Shown here: positions 1-9,526 of the stretch, piece after piece | Numbering within the stretch: the first letter of the stretch is position 1 | How the letters are laid out: the number at the start of each line of letters is the position of its first letter | Assembly (NCBI GenBank): GCA_001818495.1 | Contig: MHKS01000004.1 | Location: forward strand, 161,235 to 225,234 | DNA: 64,000 bases | Direction: 5' to 3' | DNA from: Candidatus Komeilibacteria bacterium RIFOXYD1_FULL_37_29 | Lineage (GTDB): Bacteria; Patescibacteriota; Patescibacteriia; UBA1558; GWA2-36-10 | Translations under genes and position numbers: made by a program | Notes under the pieces: model-generated | Seen by the model: the letters and a program-made list of their open reading frames with translations, nothing else | Database searches by the model: none | What the model was told of the DNA's origin: nothing

Positions 1-336
1 CAACTTAATAAAAAAATTAATACCGTCAATGTTAGATGTTTACCCGCTGATTTGCCGGATAAAATACAAGTAGATATTACTGTTTTTGCTGATCTTGGCC
101 AGAAGTTATTGATTCGTGATTTAAAAGTTAGCGATAAAGTAACCATTACCAATGATCCCAATGATCCTGTGGTCAATGTCACTGTTCCTAAGAAAATAAT
201 ACTTCAAGCTACGACTGAAGCAGCTAAACCAGAAGGTGAAGTTGTCGCTGGTGAGGCTAAACCAGAAGGTGAAGTTGTCGCTAGTGAGGGAGCAGCTAAA
301 CCAGAAGCTGGAAAAAAAGCAGAGTCTAAAAAATAA
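1..336 (+). CDS. rplY: 50S ribosomal protein L25 / general stress protein Ctc, C-terminal part (5' end lies upstream of the window)
   Basis: Frame 1 is open from base 1. Its translation (...VNVRCLPADLPDKIQVDITVFADLGQKLLIRDLKV...PVVNVTVP) follows the conserved L25 C-terminal domain pattern. It ends in an Ala/Lys/Pro/Glu-rich tail built from a 33-bp tandem repeat. Confidence 0.75.
   Translation, partial: QLNKKINTVNVRCLPADLPDKIQVDITVFADLGQKLLIRDLKVSDKVTITNDPNDPVVNVTVPKKIILQATTEAAKPEGEVVAGEAKPEGEVVASEGAAKPEAGKKAESKK
223..311. repeat. 33-bp tandem repeat, two full units (223-255, 256-288) plus a partial third, encoding the AKPEGEVVAGE low-complexity tail of L25
   Basis: Direct reading: gctaaaccagaaggtgaagttgtcgct(g/a)gtgag occurs twice in tandem and then partly again (gcagctaaaccagaagctgg). 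It is coding and in frame, not a CRISPR array. Confidence 0.85.
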
Positions 337-351
337 TTTAATACTGAATTT

Positions 352-1374
352 TTGATGATCAGTCATCATTCAAAAATATATATTGCAGTAACTGTCATTA
401 TCGTGGCAGTTATTTTGCTTGGTATAGGTATTTTTAACCTAGTTTCTTCTGGCAAAAAATCACCTGTTTCAGAGCCAGAGGAAAAAGTTGAGCAGGGTGT
501 AAATTATCGTCATCCCTTAAGCGGTCAGCCAGTAGAAGCTCCGGTGGAGAATTTTTTTGCAGTGGCTATTATGTTTGATAATGCTTATGACAGTCGGCCA
601 CAATATGGCCTTGATCAGGCGGATATTGTTTATGAAGCGCTAGCGGAAGGTAATATTACTAGAATCATGGGTATTTTTGATAGTCAAAAAAATATAGAAA
701 AAATCGGACCAGTCCGGTCAGCTCGGCTTTATTTTATGGATATGGCTGGCGAATATGGCGGTGTTTATATGCATGTGGGAGGCGCTCCCAATGCTTTAGC
801 CAAGCGCGGAGCTTATAGTTTTAGTGATGTTGATCAGATCGGCGCTGGAGAAATATATTTTTGGCGCGACAATGATCTGTCTGCCCCGCACAATGTCTTT
901 ACATCGTCAGCTAATTGGTTGAGAGCCGGAGATATTAAAGAAGTACCTAAATTTTCTATCAACAGGAATTGGAATTTTACTGTTGGTGAAAATGCCACCA
1001 TTACTGATCTGACTATTGATTACAACGGACCATATAAGGTTGATTGGAAATACAACGATAAATTGGGAGCTTATATGCGCTGGCAGGGGGATGATAAATT
1101 TATTTATCATACTGGTGAGCAGGTACGGGCAGAAAATGTCATTGTTCAGGTGCTCAGTTCTAAAATTGTTGATAATAAAGATAGAAGAGAAATGGACACC
1201 CAAAGTGGTGGGCAGGTTTTTATTTTTAATAAACTTGGCCAGCAAAATGGTCGTTGGGAGATTGTGGATGGTCGGACTTTGTTTTTTGATGAAAATAAAA
1301 ACGAGCTTAAGCTCGCTCCTGGTCGTAGCTGGGTGCAGATTATACCAGCAGCTGATTATTTGATTAGTCGGTAA
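352..1374 (+). CDS. DUF3048-family (YerB-like) membrane-anchored extracytoplasmic protein
   Basis: It has an N-terminal TM anchor (IYIAVTVIIVAVILLGIGIF) and then a domain whose overall pattern matches the DUF3048 family (Bacillus YerB-like). Homology is judged from memory, not searched. Confidence 0.5.
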   Translation: MMISHHSKIYIAVTVIIVAVILLGIGIFNLVSSGKKSPVSEPEEKVEQGVNYRHPLSGQPVEAPVENFFAVAIMFDNAYDSRPQYGLDQADIVYEALAEGNITRIMGIFDSQKNIEKIGPVRSARLYFMDMAGEYGGVYMHVGGAPNALAKRGAYSFSDVDQIGAGEIYFWRDNDLSAPHNVFTSSANWLRAGDIKEVPKFSINRNWNFTVGENATITDLTIDYNGPYKVDWKYNDKLGAYMRWQGDDKFIYHTGEQVRAENVIVQVLSSKIVDNKDRREMDTQSGGQVFIFNKLGQQNGRWEIVDGRTLFFDENKNELKLAPGRSWVQIIPAADYLISR

Positions 1375-2200
1375 TTTTTACTACGCGGATATTTTGAGCC
1401 AAATCTTTTAAAAATTTTATTTTGGCTTGGGGGAGATTTTCTGAGATCTCTTTTTTTATTTGGTCTTTTTGGCTAGGATCTATTTCTAAAAGAATAATAT
1501 ATTTTTTGTTTAGATAACGGGGTAATTGTTTAAGGAATTTTCTGTAATGATCTAGTCCATCGGCACCAGACAGTAGAGCACTGACCGGTTCTTTAGAAAT
1601 GGATGGTTCTTTCATTTGCTTGGGATTTAGATAAGGTAAATTGGCCATAATAATATCAAATTGGGAAGATAAGCCAGCCAGTAGGTCGGTTTTAATAAAT
1701 TTTATTTTATTTTTTAGCTTTAATTTGCGTGAGTTGCTTTTGGCAATTTTTAAAGCCCGTCCAGAAATATCAGTAGCTGTGTAATTGGCTAGATGGGTGT
1801 TGTGTTTGGCCAAAGATAATATCAAAACCCCTGATCCAGTGCCAATGTCTAGGATATTCTGACCGTCGGCGGTTGATTTTAGAGCCTCTTCGACTATTAG
1901 TTCGCTTTCTGGGCGAGGGATCAGAGTATATTTATTTACCAAAAAATTTAAGCCAAAAAATTCTTTTTGGCCACTTAAAGTGGCTAGTGACCAGCCAGCC
2001 AATCTTTTCTTTAGGATTTTTTTAAAAGCGAGAATATTGGAACGGCTGAGTTTTTTTTCCGGATTTTTGTAGATATAGGCTATATTTTTGTGGAGAGCCA
2101 CAGCCATTAGCCTATCTAATTCATCAATATCGAGTTTATCTTGGTATTTTAAAATTAAATTCCTGAGGCTGATTATTTTTGATTTTTGGCTACTTGCCAT
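1364..2200 (-). CDS. prmC: release-factor glutamine N5-methyltransferase PrmC/HemK
   Basis: It shows a class I SAM-MTase motif I ([11 protein letters not shown]) and an NPPY-type motif variant (IMANLPYL). It overlaps the 3' end of prfA, as in the classic prfA-prmC arrangement. Confidence 0.8.
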   Translation of the reverse strand: MASSQKSKIISLRNLILKYQDKLDIDELDRLMAVALHKNIAYIYKNPEKKLSRSNILAFKKILKKRLAGWSLATLSGQKEFFGLNFLVNKYTLIPRPESELIVEEALKSTADGQNILDIGTGSGVLILSLAKHNTHLANYTATDISGRALKIAKSNSRKLKLKNKIKFIKTDLLAGLSSQFDIIMANLPYLNPKQMKEPSISKEPVSALLSGADGLDHYRKFLKQLPRYLNKKYIILLEIDPSQKDQIKKEISENLPQAKIKFLKDLAQNIRVVKITD

Positions 2201-3225
2201 AGAGGTTTTATTATGGGCATTAGATCACCATCGATTATTTTTTCTAGATTATGCAAAGTCAGTTTGATGCGATGATCAGTTACGCGATCTTGAGGAAAAT
2301 TGTAAGTGCGTATTTTTTCTGATCTATCGCCAGAGCCAATTTGATTTTTTCTATTGGCAGCGTTTTTGGCATTTTTTGTTGCTTCCATTTCGGCTAAGAT
2401 ACGAGAACGTAAAATAGCCATAGCTTTTTCTTTATTTTGTCCCTGAGATTTTTCATCTTGGCAGGAGACCACTGTATTGGTGGGCAGGTGAGTAATCCGG
2501 ACCGCTGATTTGGTAGTGTTGACTGATTGTCCACCATGTCCAGAAGCGCAGAAAGTATCAATACGCAAGTCTTTGGCTTCTATTTGTAGGTCAATTTCTT
2601 CAGCCTCTGGCATGACAGCCACTGAGGCGGCACTAGTATGTACCCGGCCAGCTTTTTCGGTTTCTGGTACACGTTGGACACGATGGACACCGCTTTCATA
2701 TTTAAAATGTTTGTAGACATTGTCTCCACTGATTTCGGTGATAATTTCTTTAAAGCCACCAATTTCTGTGCGATTGGAAGACATCACTTTCATTTTAAAA
2801 TTCATATTTTCAGCAAAGCGGGAATACATTCGGAAAAGTTCAGCAGCAAAAAGAGCCGATTCGTCGCCACCAGTGCCGGCGCGGATTTCTAAAATGATAT
2901 TTTTTTTATCATTGGGATCATCTGGATTAATCAGTTCTTCCAATTTTTCTTGGTCAGTATTTATTTTTTCTTCCAAAACATTTATTTCTTCCTGAGTCAT
3001 GGCAATCATTTCATCATCGTTTTCGGATTTTATAGACTCGCGGAGACTTTCCAAATCTTTAGAATTTTTATTTATTTTTTCGCCCACAGTCAAAATTTCT
3101 CGGAGTTCATTGTAGGCTTTGCCGAGAGAGGACATTTTGTTTGTATCAGAGACTACGGCTGGTTTTTGCATCTGCTCTTCCAGTCCCTTGGCCTGCTCTT
3201 GATATTTTTTTAAATCAATTTTCAT
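2173..3225 (-). CDS. prfA: peptide chain release factor 1
   Basis: It carries the GGQ motif ([11 protein letters not shown]) and a P-x-T type codon-recognition tripeptide (RVPETE). Its 350-aa length and position upstream of prmC fit RF1. Confidence 0.9.
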   Translation of the reverse strand: MKIDLKKYQEQAKGLEEQMQKPAVVSDTNKMSSLGKAYNELREILTVGEKINKNSKDLESLRESIKSENDDEMIAMTQEEINVLEEKINTDQEKLEELINPDDPNDKKNIILEIRAGTGGDESALFAAELFRMYSRFAENMNFKMKVMSSNRTEIGGFKEIITEISGDNVYKHFKYESGVHRVQRVPETEKAGRVHTSAASVAVMPEAEEIDLQIEAKDLRIDTFCASGHGGQSVNTTKSAVRITHLPTNTVVSCQDEKSQGQNKEKAMAILRSRILAEMEATKNAKNAANRKNQIGSGDRSEKIRTYNFPQDRVTDHRIKLTLHNLEKIIDGDLMPIIKPLWQVAKNQK

Positions 3226-3280
3226 ATAATTATATTATAACAAAAAAGCTCCTATAAATCTAAAGAGAGCTTTTCTCGCC

Positions 3281-3312
3281 AAAAGCGAGATCCCGCCCTG
3301 CGGGATCTTTTG
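3281..3312. terminator. bidirectional rho-independent terminator hairpin between rpmE and prfA
   Basis: aaaagc-GAGATCCCGC-cct-GCGGGATC-tttt is a perfect 8-bp GC-rich stem flanked by an A-run and a T-run. It lies downstream of the minus-strand rpmE. Confidence 0.65.
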
Positions 3313-3318
3313 GCACCG

Positions 3319-3651
3319 TTATTTTTTATTTTTTGGTTTAGAATTTTCTTTGATTTCGGCTTTGATCTTTTCTTTTTCTTTGGCAATTTTTCTTTCAGTG
3401 GCCTTGGCTTTTTTGACAGCCTTACCTTTTCTGGTTTTAGAGACCTTAGCTTTCTGTTCGGTTAGTTTCTTAAATCTATCAACACGACCAGCTGTGTCAA
3501 CCAATCTTTCTTTGCCAGTATAAAAAGGATGGCAGTTTGAGCAGATTTCAACGTGTATTTCTTTGACAGTAGAACCAATAGTAAAAGAATGGCCACAAGC
3601 GCAAACCACTTTAGCATCAGCGTAATAAGTTGGGTGAATATCTTTTTTCAT
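3319..3651 (-). CDS. rpmE: 50S ribosomal protein L31 with Lys-rich C-terminal extension
   Basis: [10 protein letters not shown]...CACGHSF...[11 protein letters not shown] is the canonical L31 zinc-ribbon. It is followed by a roughly 45-aa K/E/A-rich tail. Confidence 0.85.
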   Translation of the reverse strand: MKKDIHPTYYADAKVVCACGHSFTIGSTVKEIHVEICSNCHPFYTGKERLVDTAGRVDRFKKLTEQKAKVSKTRKGKAVKKAKATERKIAKEKEKIKAEIKENSKPKNKK

Positions 3652-4248
3652 ATTTTTTATAATTTGGTATCAGGGACTTTCTTCCAAGAGGTGGACAGCA
3701 AGCCCAGATCAAAAATTAATACCCCAATAAAATAGCAGATTGGCCATAAAATGTCAAGAAGGGTTTCTGTGGTTAAGTATATTGACTAATTCATATTTTT
3801 TAATTATATTAATTAAAATACAGAAACGTTCTTTTTAATTTTATAACATCGGAAAGGGTTACTTATGCGTTTTTCAGCCTTACTTCTGCGTTTCCCGTAT
3901 TGTTTTAGCTCACCTAGTAAAGTATGCAGTCTATGTTCTGCGCCTCTCGTAAAAAATCAAGCCGGCGATTTCGTATACTCAAATCCGAATTGCTCGTCTC
4001 AACCTACAAATCAGCTAATCAGGAGAGGCGAAATATAATAAAGGGGAAGCTCATAAGCTTCTCTTTATACAATATGATTGTTTGTAGGCTTGATTTATTT
4101 TAAAAATTATGTTAGAGTATTGCTACTTAATTAATCATCCTGCTAAGCGGGATTAAAACACAAGTATTTTCAATGGTTATTGGCTTACCTTCCCCAATAG
4201 AAAAAAGGGGCGGCCAATAGGAGAATACGGGTAAAGAAAGGAAAAAAT

Positions 4249-4932
4249 ATGAAATTACCAACACTAGAAGAGTTGTTGAAAAGTGGTGTTCATTTTGGTC
4301 ATCAGACTTCAAAAAGATATCCTAAAGCCAACTCTTACATTCACACTCAACGCAACGGCGTGCACATTATCGATCTGCAAAAGACTGTTAAAGGTTTGGA
4401 AGAGGCCATAGCTTTTGTAGATAAGACTGTTAAAGCCGGAGGCGTTATTTTATTTGTTGGCTCAAAAAAACAAGCCAAAAATATAGTCAAGGAAGCAGCT
4501 GTAGGTTGCAACATGCCTTATATCATTGGACGTTGGCTCGGCGGTACTTTTACCAATTTTGAAAACATTGTTAAGTTGACCAGAAAATTGGAAAAATTGG
4601 AAAGAGAAGAAGAAGACGGTACGTGGGAAATGTACACCAAAAAAGAACAAGTCACTTTCAAAAAGGAGCTTGATAAATTGATGGACAATGTCGGCGGTAT
4701 TAAAAATATGAAAACTTTGCCTAAGGCAGTTTTTGTCGTCGATCTCAAGAAAGAAGCGACCGCTGTTTCTGAGGCCAACAAGATGGGTATCCCAGTGATT
4801 GCTTTGGTTGATACCAATGTCAATCCGGAACTCGCCGCTTATCCTATTCCAGCCAACGATGATGCTATCAAGTCAATTGAGATAATCACCAACATGATAG
4901 CCGAGGCTGTACGCAATGCTCGTAGTTTATAA
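4249..4932 (+). CDS. rpsB: 30S ribosomal protein S2
   Basis: The N-terminus LLKSGVHFGHQTSKRYPK and the rest of the sequence match S2. A GGAAAAAAT stretch lies just upstream of the ATG. Confidence 0.95.
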   Translation: MKLPTLEELLKSGVHFGHQTSKRYPKANSYIHTQRNGVHIIDLQKTVKGLEEAIAFVDKTVKAGGVILFVGSKKQAKNIVKEAAVGCNMPYIIGRWLGGTFTNFENIVKLTRKLEKLEREEEDGTWEMYTKKEQVTFKKELDKLMDNVGGIKNMKTLPKAVFVVDLKKEATAVSEANKMGIPVIALVDTNVNPELAAYPIPANDDAIKSIEIITNMIAEAVRNARSL

Positions 4933-4956
4933 AGTATATTTTAACCAAAATAAAAA

Positions 4957-5730
4957 ATGTCATTAGAATTGATTAAAGAAATCAGGCAAATTACTGGTGC
5001 TGGCATATCTGATGTTAAAGAAGCATTGGATGAAGCCGCTGGTGCCAAAGATAAGGCCATTGAAATTTTAAGAAAAAAGGGGCAAAAGATTGCCGCTAAA
5101 AAATCTGAGCGCGAAGTAAAAGAAGGCGTCATAGCTTTTGCCAAATCCGGTCACAAAGTAGCTGTAGTAGCTTTGGCTTGTGAAACAGATTTCGTGGCTA
5201 AAAACGAAGATTTCAAAAAAGCGGTGGCTGCACTAGCCGAAAAACTGTTGTCCTTGGGTCAGGACAATTTTCAAGCTTGGGCCACTAAGTATATACAAGA
5301 TGAACTGATTGTAAAAATTGGCGAAAATTTGCGATTGACCAACTTTGATATTTTTGAAGGAGCCACAGTGGGTACTTATTTGCACTCTAATAATAAAGTA
5401 GCGGCGGCGGCAGTTTTAAAAGGTGGTAGTGAAGATTTGGCCAATGCTATTTCTATGCATATTGCGGCTATGGCGCCCAAGTATTTACGACCTGAAGATG
5501 TGCCAGTCGAAGTCGTGGACAAAGAAAAAGAAATTTATGCCGAACAGCTTAGTAAGGAAGGCAAACCCCAAGAGGTTTTGGCCAAGATTATGGAAGGTAA
5601 AGTCAATAAATTTTATACCGAAGTATGTTTGTTGAAACAGCTTTATATCAAAGATGATAAGAAATCCATTGAAAAATTATTGGCCGAGAACAAAGCTAAT
5701 ATAGAAAATTTTGTGTATTATTCATTATAA
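4957..5730 (+). CDS. tsf: elongation factor Ts
   Basis: The N-terminal UBA-like motif LIKEIRQITGAGISDVKEAL is typical of EF-Ts. It sits immediately downstream of rpsB. Confidence 0.9.
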   Translation: MSLELIKEIRQITGAGISDVKEALDEAAGAKDKAIEILRKKGQKIAAKKSEREVKEGVIAFAKSGHKVAVVALACETDFVAKNEDFKKAVAALAEKLLSLGQDNFQAWATKYIQDELIVKIGENLRLTNFDIFEGATVGTYLHSNNKVAAAAVLKGGSEDLANAISMHIAAMAPKYLRPEDVPVEVVDKEKEIYAEQLSKEGKPQEVLAKIMEGKVNKFYTEVCLLKQLYIKDDKKSIEKLLAENKANIENFVYYSL

Positions 5731-5735
5731 AATTA

Positions 5736-5770
5736 ATCCCCGCCGCGTCAAACGCGGCGGGGATTTTTAA
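5736..5770 (+). terminator. rho-independent terminator after tsf
   Basis: tCCCCGCCGCGtcaaaCGCGGCGGGGatttttaa is a 10-bp GC stem followed by a T-run. Confidence 0.85.
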
Positions 5771-5845
5771 TCTTACCAATCTGAGATCAATTTGCTATAA
5801 TGATAAGGAGATTATAATTAGTTGATAAAAATTTAAAATAAAACA

Positions 5846-6562
5846 ATGTCCAATAAACGTGTGGTCATCAAAATTTCCGGAGAAGTTTTTGAAGTCGGAA
5901 ACCAGCCAGCCAATCTTGATTTTCCTTCTATCAAAAAAGTAGCGGAAAGTTTGAAAAAAGTAGTCAAAGCCGGTTATCAGGTCGGAGTAGTAGTCGGCGC
6001 TGGTAATATTTTTAGAGCACGGATGGTTAAAGGCTCAGAGGTCGATCGCGTAGCGGCTGATCATATGGGCATGATGGCCACCTCAATCAATGCTTTGGCT
6101 CTGCAAGCCACTTTGGAAAGAGTCGGCCAAGAAGCTCGAGTTTTATCCTCATTTTCAGTACCGGCCATTATGGAGGATTATGTTTATAAAAGAGCGATTA
6201 ATCATTTAAAAAATAAAAGAGTAGTAATTTTTGCTGGTGGTACTGGTAATCCCTATTTTACTACTGATACTACTTTGGTGCTCAGAGCCCTGGAAGTTGG
6301 AGCTACTAACATCTACAAAGCTAGTAATGTTAGTGGAGTTTATGACAGTGATCCGGATAAAAATAAAAAAGCTAAATTGTATAAAAAAATTAGTTACGCT
6401 GAAGCTTTAAAGCGAAATTTAAAAATAATGGACGCCACTGCTTTTGCTTTGGCCAATGACAACAAACTCAATCTGACGGTCTTTAAGTATAGTCCGGAAA
6501 ATATCGTCCGAGCAGTTGTCAAAAATAATATTGGAACAAAAGTAACCAATGAAAGTCGTTAA
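5846..6562 (+). CDS. pyrH: UMP kinase
   Basis: RVVIKISGE...VVGAGNIFRAR and the rest match the amino-acid-kinase fold of UMP kinase. It lies in the conserved rpsB-tsf-pyrH neighbourhood. Confidence 0.9.
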   Translation: MSNKRVVIKISGEVFEVGNQPANLDFPSIKKVAESLKKVVKAGYQVGVVVGAGNIFRARMVKGSEVDRVAADHMGMMATSINALALQATLERVGQEARVLSSFSVPAIMEDYVYKRAINHLKNKRVVIFAGGTGNPYFTTDTTLVLRALEVGATNIYKASNVSGVYDSDPDKNKKAKLYKKISYAEALKRNLKIMDATAFALANDNKLNLTVFKYSPENIVRAVVKNNIGTKVTNESR

Positions 6563-7445
6563 AGTACAATTTCATAAATTGGATAAGGAATATTTTTTTC
6601 TGCCGGAGTTTAGTCAAGCGCCAGCCGCCCAAGTAGAAATAGGCGATAGTGTAGTGGTGGAAACTTCCTTGGGCCAAGATGTCGGTTTGGTGACTGGTTG
6701 GGATGATTGGCAAGAAACCGCCCATTTTATTAGTGGCGGAGAAGACAAACAAGAAAAGAAAAATCCTAGTGTGGAGATTGTCCAAGATAAAATAGTCGAT
6801 ATTAAACCAATGCTTCGTCCTTTGAGCGAAGATGATTTGGAAGTTATTCGCGCGCAAAAAAGAGTGGGCGTCAAACGTTTTGCGGAGTGTAAAAAATTGA
6901 TACAAAAATACGAGCTCAAGGCCATGAAACTGATTGACATGATGGAATCGTTTGATGACAAAAGAATGACTTTTTATTTTATTGCTGACTCCCGAGTAGA
7001 TTTTAGAGATTTGGTTAAAGAACTAGTAAAAAATTATCATAAAAAAATTCGTTTACAGCAAGTCGGTGTACGCGATGCTGCCAAAATCACTGGTGATTTT
7101 GGTCCTTGCGGTGTGCCTTTGTGTTGTAAGTCATGGTTAAATACTATTGGCAGTGTCAGTCCGGATAGTATCAAAAATCAAGAGCTCAGTCATCGTGGGG
7201 TTGAGCGGTTGACCGGTCCTTGCGGACGCTTAAAATGCTGTCTTCGTTTTGAAGAAGAAACTTATAAATATCAGCGTGATCATATGCCCAAAGAAGGGGA
7301 TATTATAAAAACTACCGTTGGCCCAGCCAAGGTAGTCGCTGTTCATCCTATTAAACAGACGGTTAGTCTGAAAATAGACGATAGTATTGTGGAGTACCCC
7401 TATCTTGAGGGCAAGCTTTGTGAGATAAAAAAGGACGAGCTATAA
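6549..7445 (+). CDS. PSP1 C-terminal domain protein (YaaT/RicT-like)
   Basis: It has the paired Cys motifs GDFGPCGVPLCCKSWL and GPCGRLKCCLRFEE that are typical of the PSP1/RicT family. Confidence 0.65.
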   Translation: MKVVKVQFHKLDKEYFFLPEFSQAPAAQVEIGDSVVVETSLGQDVGLVTGWDDWQETAHFISGGEDKQEKKNPSVEIVQDKIVDIKPMLRPLSEDDLEVIRAQKRVGVKRFAECKKLIQKYELKAMKLIDMMESFDDKRMTFYFIADSRVDFRDLVKELVKNYHKKIRLQQVGVRDAAKITGDFGPCGVPLCCKSWLNTIGSVSPDSIKNQELSHRGVERLTGPCGRLKCCLRFEEETYKYQRDHMPKEGDIIKTTVGPAKVVAVHPIKQTVSLKIDDSIVEYPYLEGKLCEIKKDEL

Positions 7446-7478
7446 TCGTTCGAGCTATATTAGACAGCTCTTCGCTTT

Positions 7479-7497
7479 GGGCTGTTTTTTTGATATA
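7479..7497. repeat. 19-nt direct repeat copy A (GGGCTGTTTTTTTGATATA) carrying an extended -10-like TGATATACT
   Basis: It is identical to 8364-8382. With flanking cgct..gggctg it gives about 23 of 25 identity. Confidence 0.8.
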
Positions 7498-7519
7498 CTT
7501 AGCTTGTTTAAATCTAATT

Positions 7520-8281
7520 ATGAAATATTTATATAATCAAATAATAAAATATGCGGTTTTATCAGGGGATAGAATATGTAAAAAATCTGGTAATGTGAAG
7601 GATATTGGTGTTACAAAAAAATATTTAACTTTAGAAGATTTTAGAATTGAAAGAGGGTTAAAAAAAATTATAAAAAATTATGACAGAAGTCATTTTTTTT
7701 GTGCAGAAGAAGAAAATGATCATTTTAAAAATGCAAAAAATGTTTGGGTGGTAGACCCTATTAGTGGGACCAGGGCCTTTATAAAAGGGACACATCACTA
7801 TGGGATATCGGTAGCTCATTTAATAGACGGAAAGATTGTTTTTGCTGTAGTTTACGATCCATCAGTCAGAGAATTGTTTACTGCTTATTTAGGAAGAGGT
7901 GCTTACCTTAATAATAAGCTGATTAAAATATCTAAAAATAAAGAAAATTTAAGGATATTATATTATTATTCATCATCATGGAATGGTAATATATCATGCC
8001 GTAAAACATTTAATAAATTATCAAAATATAAATTTTTATATAGAAACGCTAATTCGGTGGCTGTTAATTATTGTCATGTGGCCTGTGGTCGTTATGACGG
8101 AATATTATCTTTAACTAAAGACTCTTTTCCAGAGATGGCTGGTAGCTTAATTATTAGAGAGGCGGGAGGAAGGTTTATTAATAGAAGGAGGAATACTAAT
8201 ATACAGTTTGATGATCGAGTATTTATGGGTGGAAATAAATTTGCTGTTTCTAAACTGGAGAGGATAATCAAGAATAAATAG
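7520..8281 (+). CDS. inositol monophosphatase / CysQ-family phosphatase-like protein
   Basis: It has a WVVDPISGT metal-binding motif (W-x-x-DPIDGT type) and family-typical spacing after it. The reading frame opens at 7490 (TTG), but the first ATG (MKYLYNQ) is at 7520. This gene is visibly more A+T-rich than its neighbours. Confidence 0.65.
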   Translation: MKYLYNQIIKYAVLSGDRICKKSGNVKDIGVTKKYLTLEDFRIERGLKKIIKNYDRSHFFCAEEENDHFKNAKNVWVVDPISGTRAFIKGTHHYGISVAHLIDGKIVFAVVYDPSVRELFTAYLGRGAYLNNKLIKISKNKENLRILYYYSSSWNGNISCRKTFNKLSKYKFLYRNANSVAVNYCHVACGRYDGILSLTKDSFPEMAGSLIIREAGGRFINRRRNTNIQFDDRVFMGGNKFAVSKLERIIKNK

Positions 8282-8363
8282 CTCTTCCACAAAATTTTAA
8301 AAGAGTTTTGGTGTGTTTAGTTAACTTTAGTCTAAGAGCAAGTTTAAAGCAGACTAGCGCTAA

Positions 8364-8382
8364 GGGCTGTTTTTTTGATATA
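8364..8382. repeat. 19-nt direct repeat copy B, here part of the gap promoter (TGATATAAT extended -10)
   Basis: It is identical to 7479-7497 and lies 27-45 nt upstream of the gap ATG. Confidence 0.8.
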
Positions 8383-8408
8383 ATGATAGTAGTAGTTAAT
8401 AAAAAAAT

Positions 8409-9413
8409 ATGGCAAATAAAAAAATAAGAGTAGCAATCAATGGTTTTGGTCGAATTGGGCGAGCCGCTTTTAAGATCATGTTGGCTAGTAAAAAATATCA
8501 GGTAGTAGCTATCAATGATTTGGCGCCAGTGGCCAGTCTAGCGTATTTATTGAAATACGACACGGTTTACGGAATTTATCAGAAAAAAGTCAGTCATCAA
8601 GGAAGCAATATCATAGTGAGTGGCCAGAAATATCAAGTGACTAGTCAAGCTAAACCAGAGAAATTGCCTTGGAAAAAATTAAAAGTGGATGTAGTTTTGG
8701 AATGTACCGGATTTTTTGTCAAAGATGGAGCCGCCGGCGCACACTTAAAAGCTGGGGCCAAAAAAGTGATTATTTCCGCTCCAGCCAAGGGAGGTGATGT
8801 AGAAACATTTCTTTTAGGAGTAAATGAAAATAAGTATAAGCAACAGAAACTGATTTCCAATGCCAGCTGTACGACCAATTGTATTGCACCAGTGGCTCAG
8901 GTTATGGTCAGTAAATTTGGCGTGGCCAAAGCTATGATGACCACTATTCATTCTTATACAGCTGATCAAAAATTGGTTGATTCTCCACACAAGGATCCGC
9001 GTCGGGGGCGCAGTGCCGCTGAAAATATTGTGCCGACTTCTACCGGTGCGGCTACCGCCACAGGCAAAGTCATTCCCGAGCTTGAAGGCCTGTTTGACGG
9101 ATTATCTATCCGCGTACCGACGCCAGTCGTATCTTTATCAGACTTTACTTTTGTTTTGAAAAAAGACGTTACGGTCGAACAGGTCAACAGGGCTATCATC
9201 ATCGCTAGTCAGAGTAAGCGCTATAAGGGTATTTTGGGAGTAACTGACGAGCCAGTAGTTTCCTCTGATTTTATTGGTGATGCCAGATCTTCTATTGTTG
9301 ATTTGCCACTTACCAAGGTAGTGGGTGGAAATATGGTTAAAATAATCGCCTGGTATGATAATGAGTGGGGTTATGCGGCCAGATTAGTGGATATGGTCAG
9401 TCAAATCAATTAA
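8409..9413 (+). CDS. gap: glyceraldehyde-3-phosphate dehydrogenase
   Basis: It has the NGFGRIGR NAD-binding motif and the catalytic SNASCTTNCIAP motif. Confidence 0.95.
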   Translation: MANKKIRVAINGFGRIGRAAFKIMLASKKYQVVAINDLAPVASLAYLLKYDTVYGIYQKKVSHQGSNIIVSGQKYQVTSQAKPEKLPWKKLKVDVVLECTGFFVKDGAAGAHLKAGAKKVIISAPAKGGDVETFLLGVNENKYKQQKLISNASCTTNCIAPVAQVMVSKFGVAKAMMTTIHSYTADQKLVDSPHKDPRRGRSAAENIVPTSTGAATATGKVIPELEGLFDGLSIRVPTPVVSLSDFTFVLKKDVTVEQVNRAIIIASQSKRYKGILGVTDEPVVSSDFIGDARSSIVDLPLTKVVGGNMVKIIAWYDNEWGYAARLVDMVSQIN

Positions 9414-9420
9414 TTTTATA

Positions 9421-9452
9421 AAGATCCTCTATAAATTAAGAGGATTTTTATT
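9421..9452 (+). terminator. rho-independent terminator after gap
   Basis: aagATCCTCTataaattaAGAGGATttttatt is a 7-bp stem followed by a T-run. Confidence 0.75.
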
Positions 9453-9526
9453 ATTTACAAAAATCAGCTTTGTGTTACAATGAAAAAATCAGCTAAGTTA
9501 AAAATTAAGCTGATAATTGAAAAAAT

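Noticed and set aside
223-311. Tandem 33-bp repeats as a possible CRISPR-like array
   Set aside because: There are only about 2.7 units with no spacers. The repeat is in frame inside rplY and encodes a low-complexity tail.
121-369. 82-aa minus-strand ORF overlapping the rplY 3' end
   Set aside because: It is antisense to a well-supported L25 coding region and to its 33-bp coding repeat. It has no RBS or motif support and is likely spurious.
2510-3213. Several 60-90-aa plus-strand ORFs inside prfA
   Set aside because: They are antisense to the intact prfA reading frame and are ORF-finder noise.
3652-4248. RNase P RNA, tmRNA or SRP RNA in the rpmE-rpsB gap
   Set aside because: I could not find the P4 boxes (GGAAAGTCCGG / ACAGAA.CCGGCTTA), a tag-peptide frame with a tRNA-like 3' end, or the SRP domain IV motif on either strand. 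It is kept only as an unassigned candidate RNA.
9453-9526. T-box leader upstream of cysS
   Set aside because: The 5' UTR is only about 50 nt with a single 7-bp hairpin. That is far too short for a T-box riboswitch.
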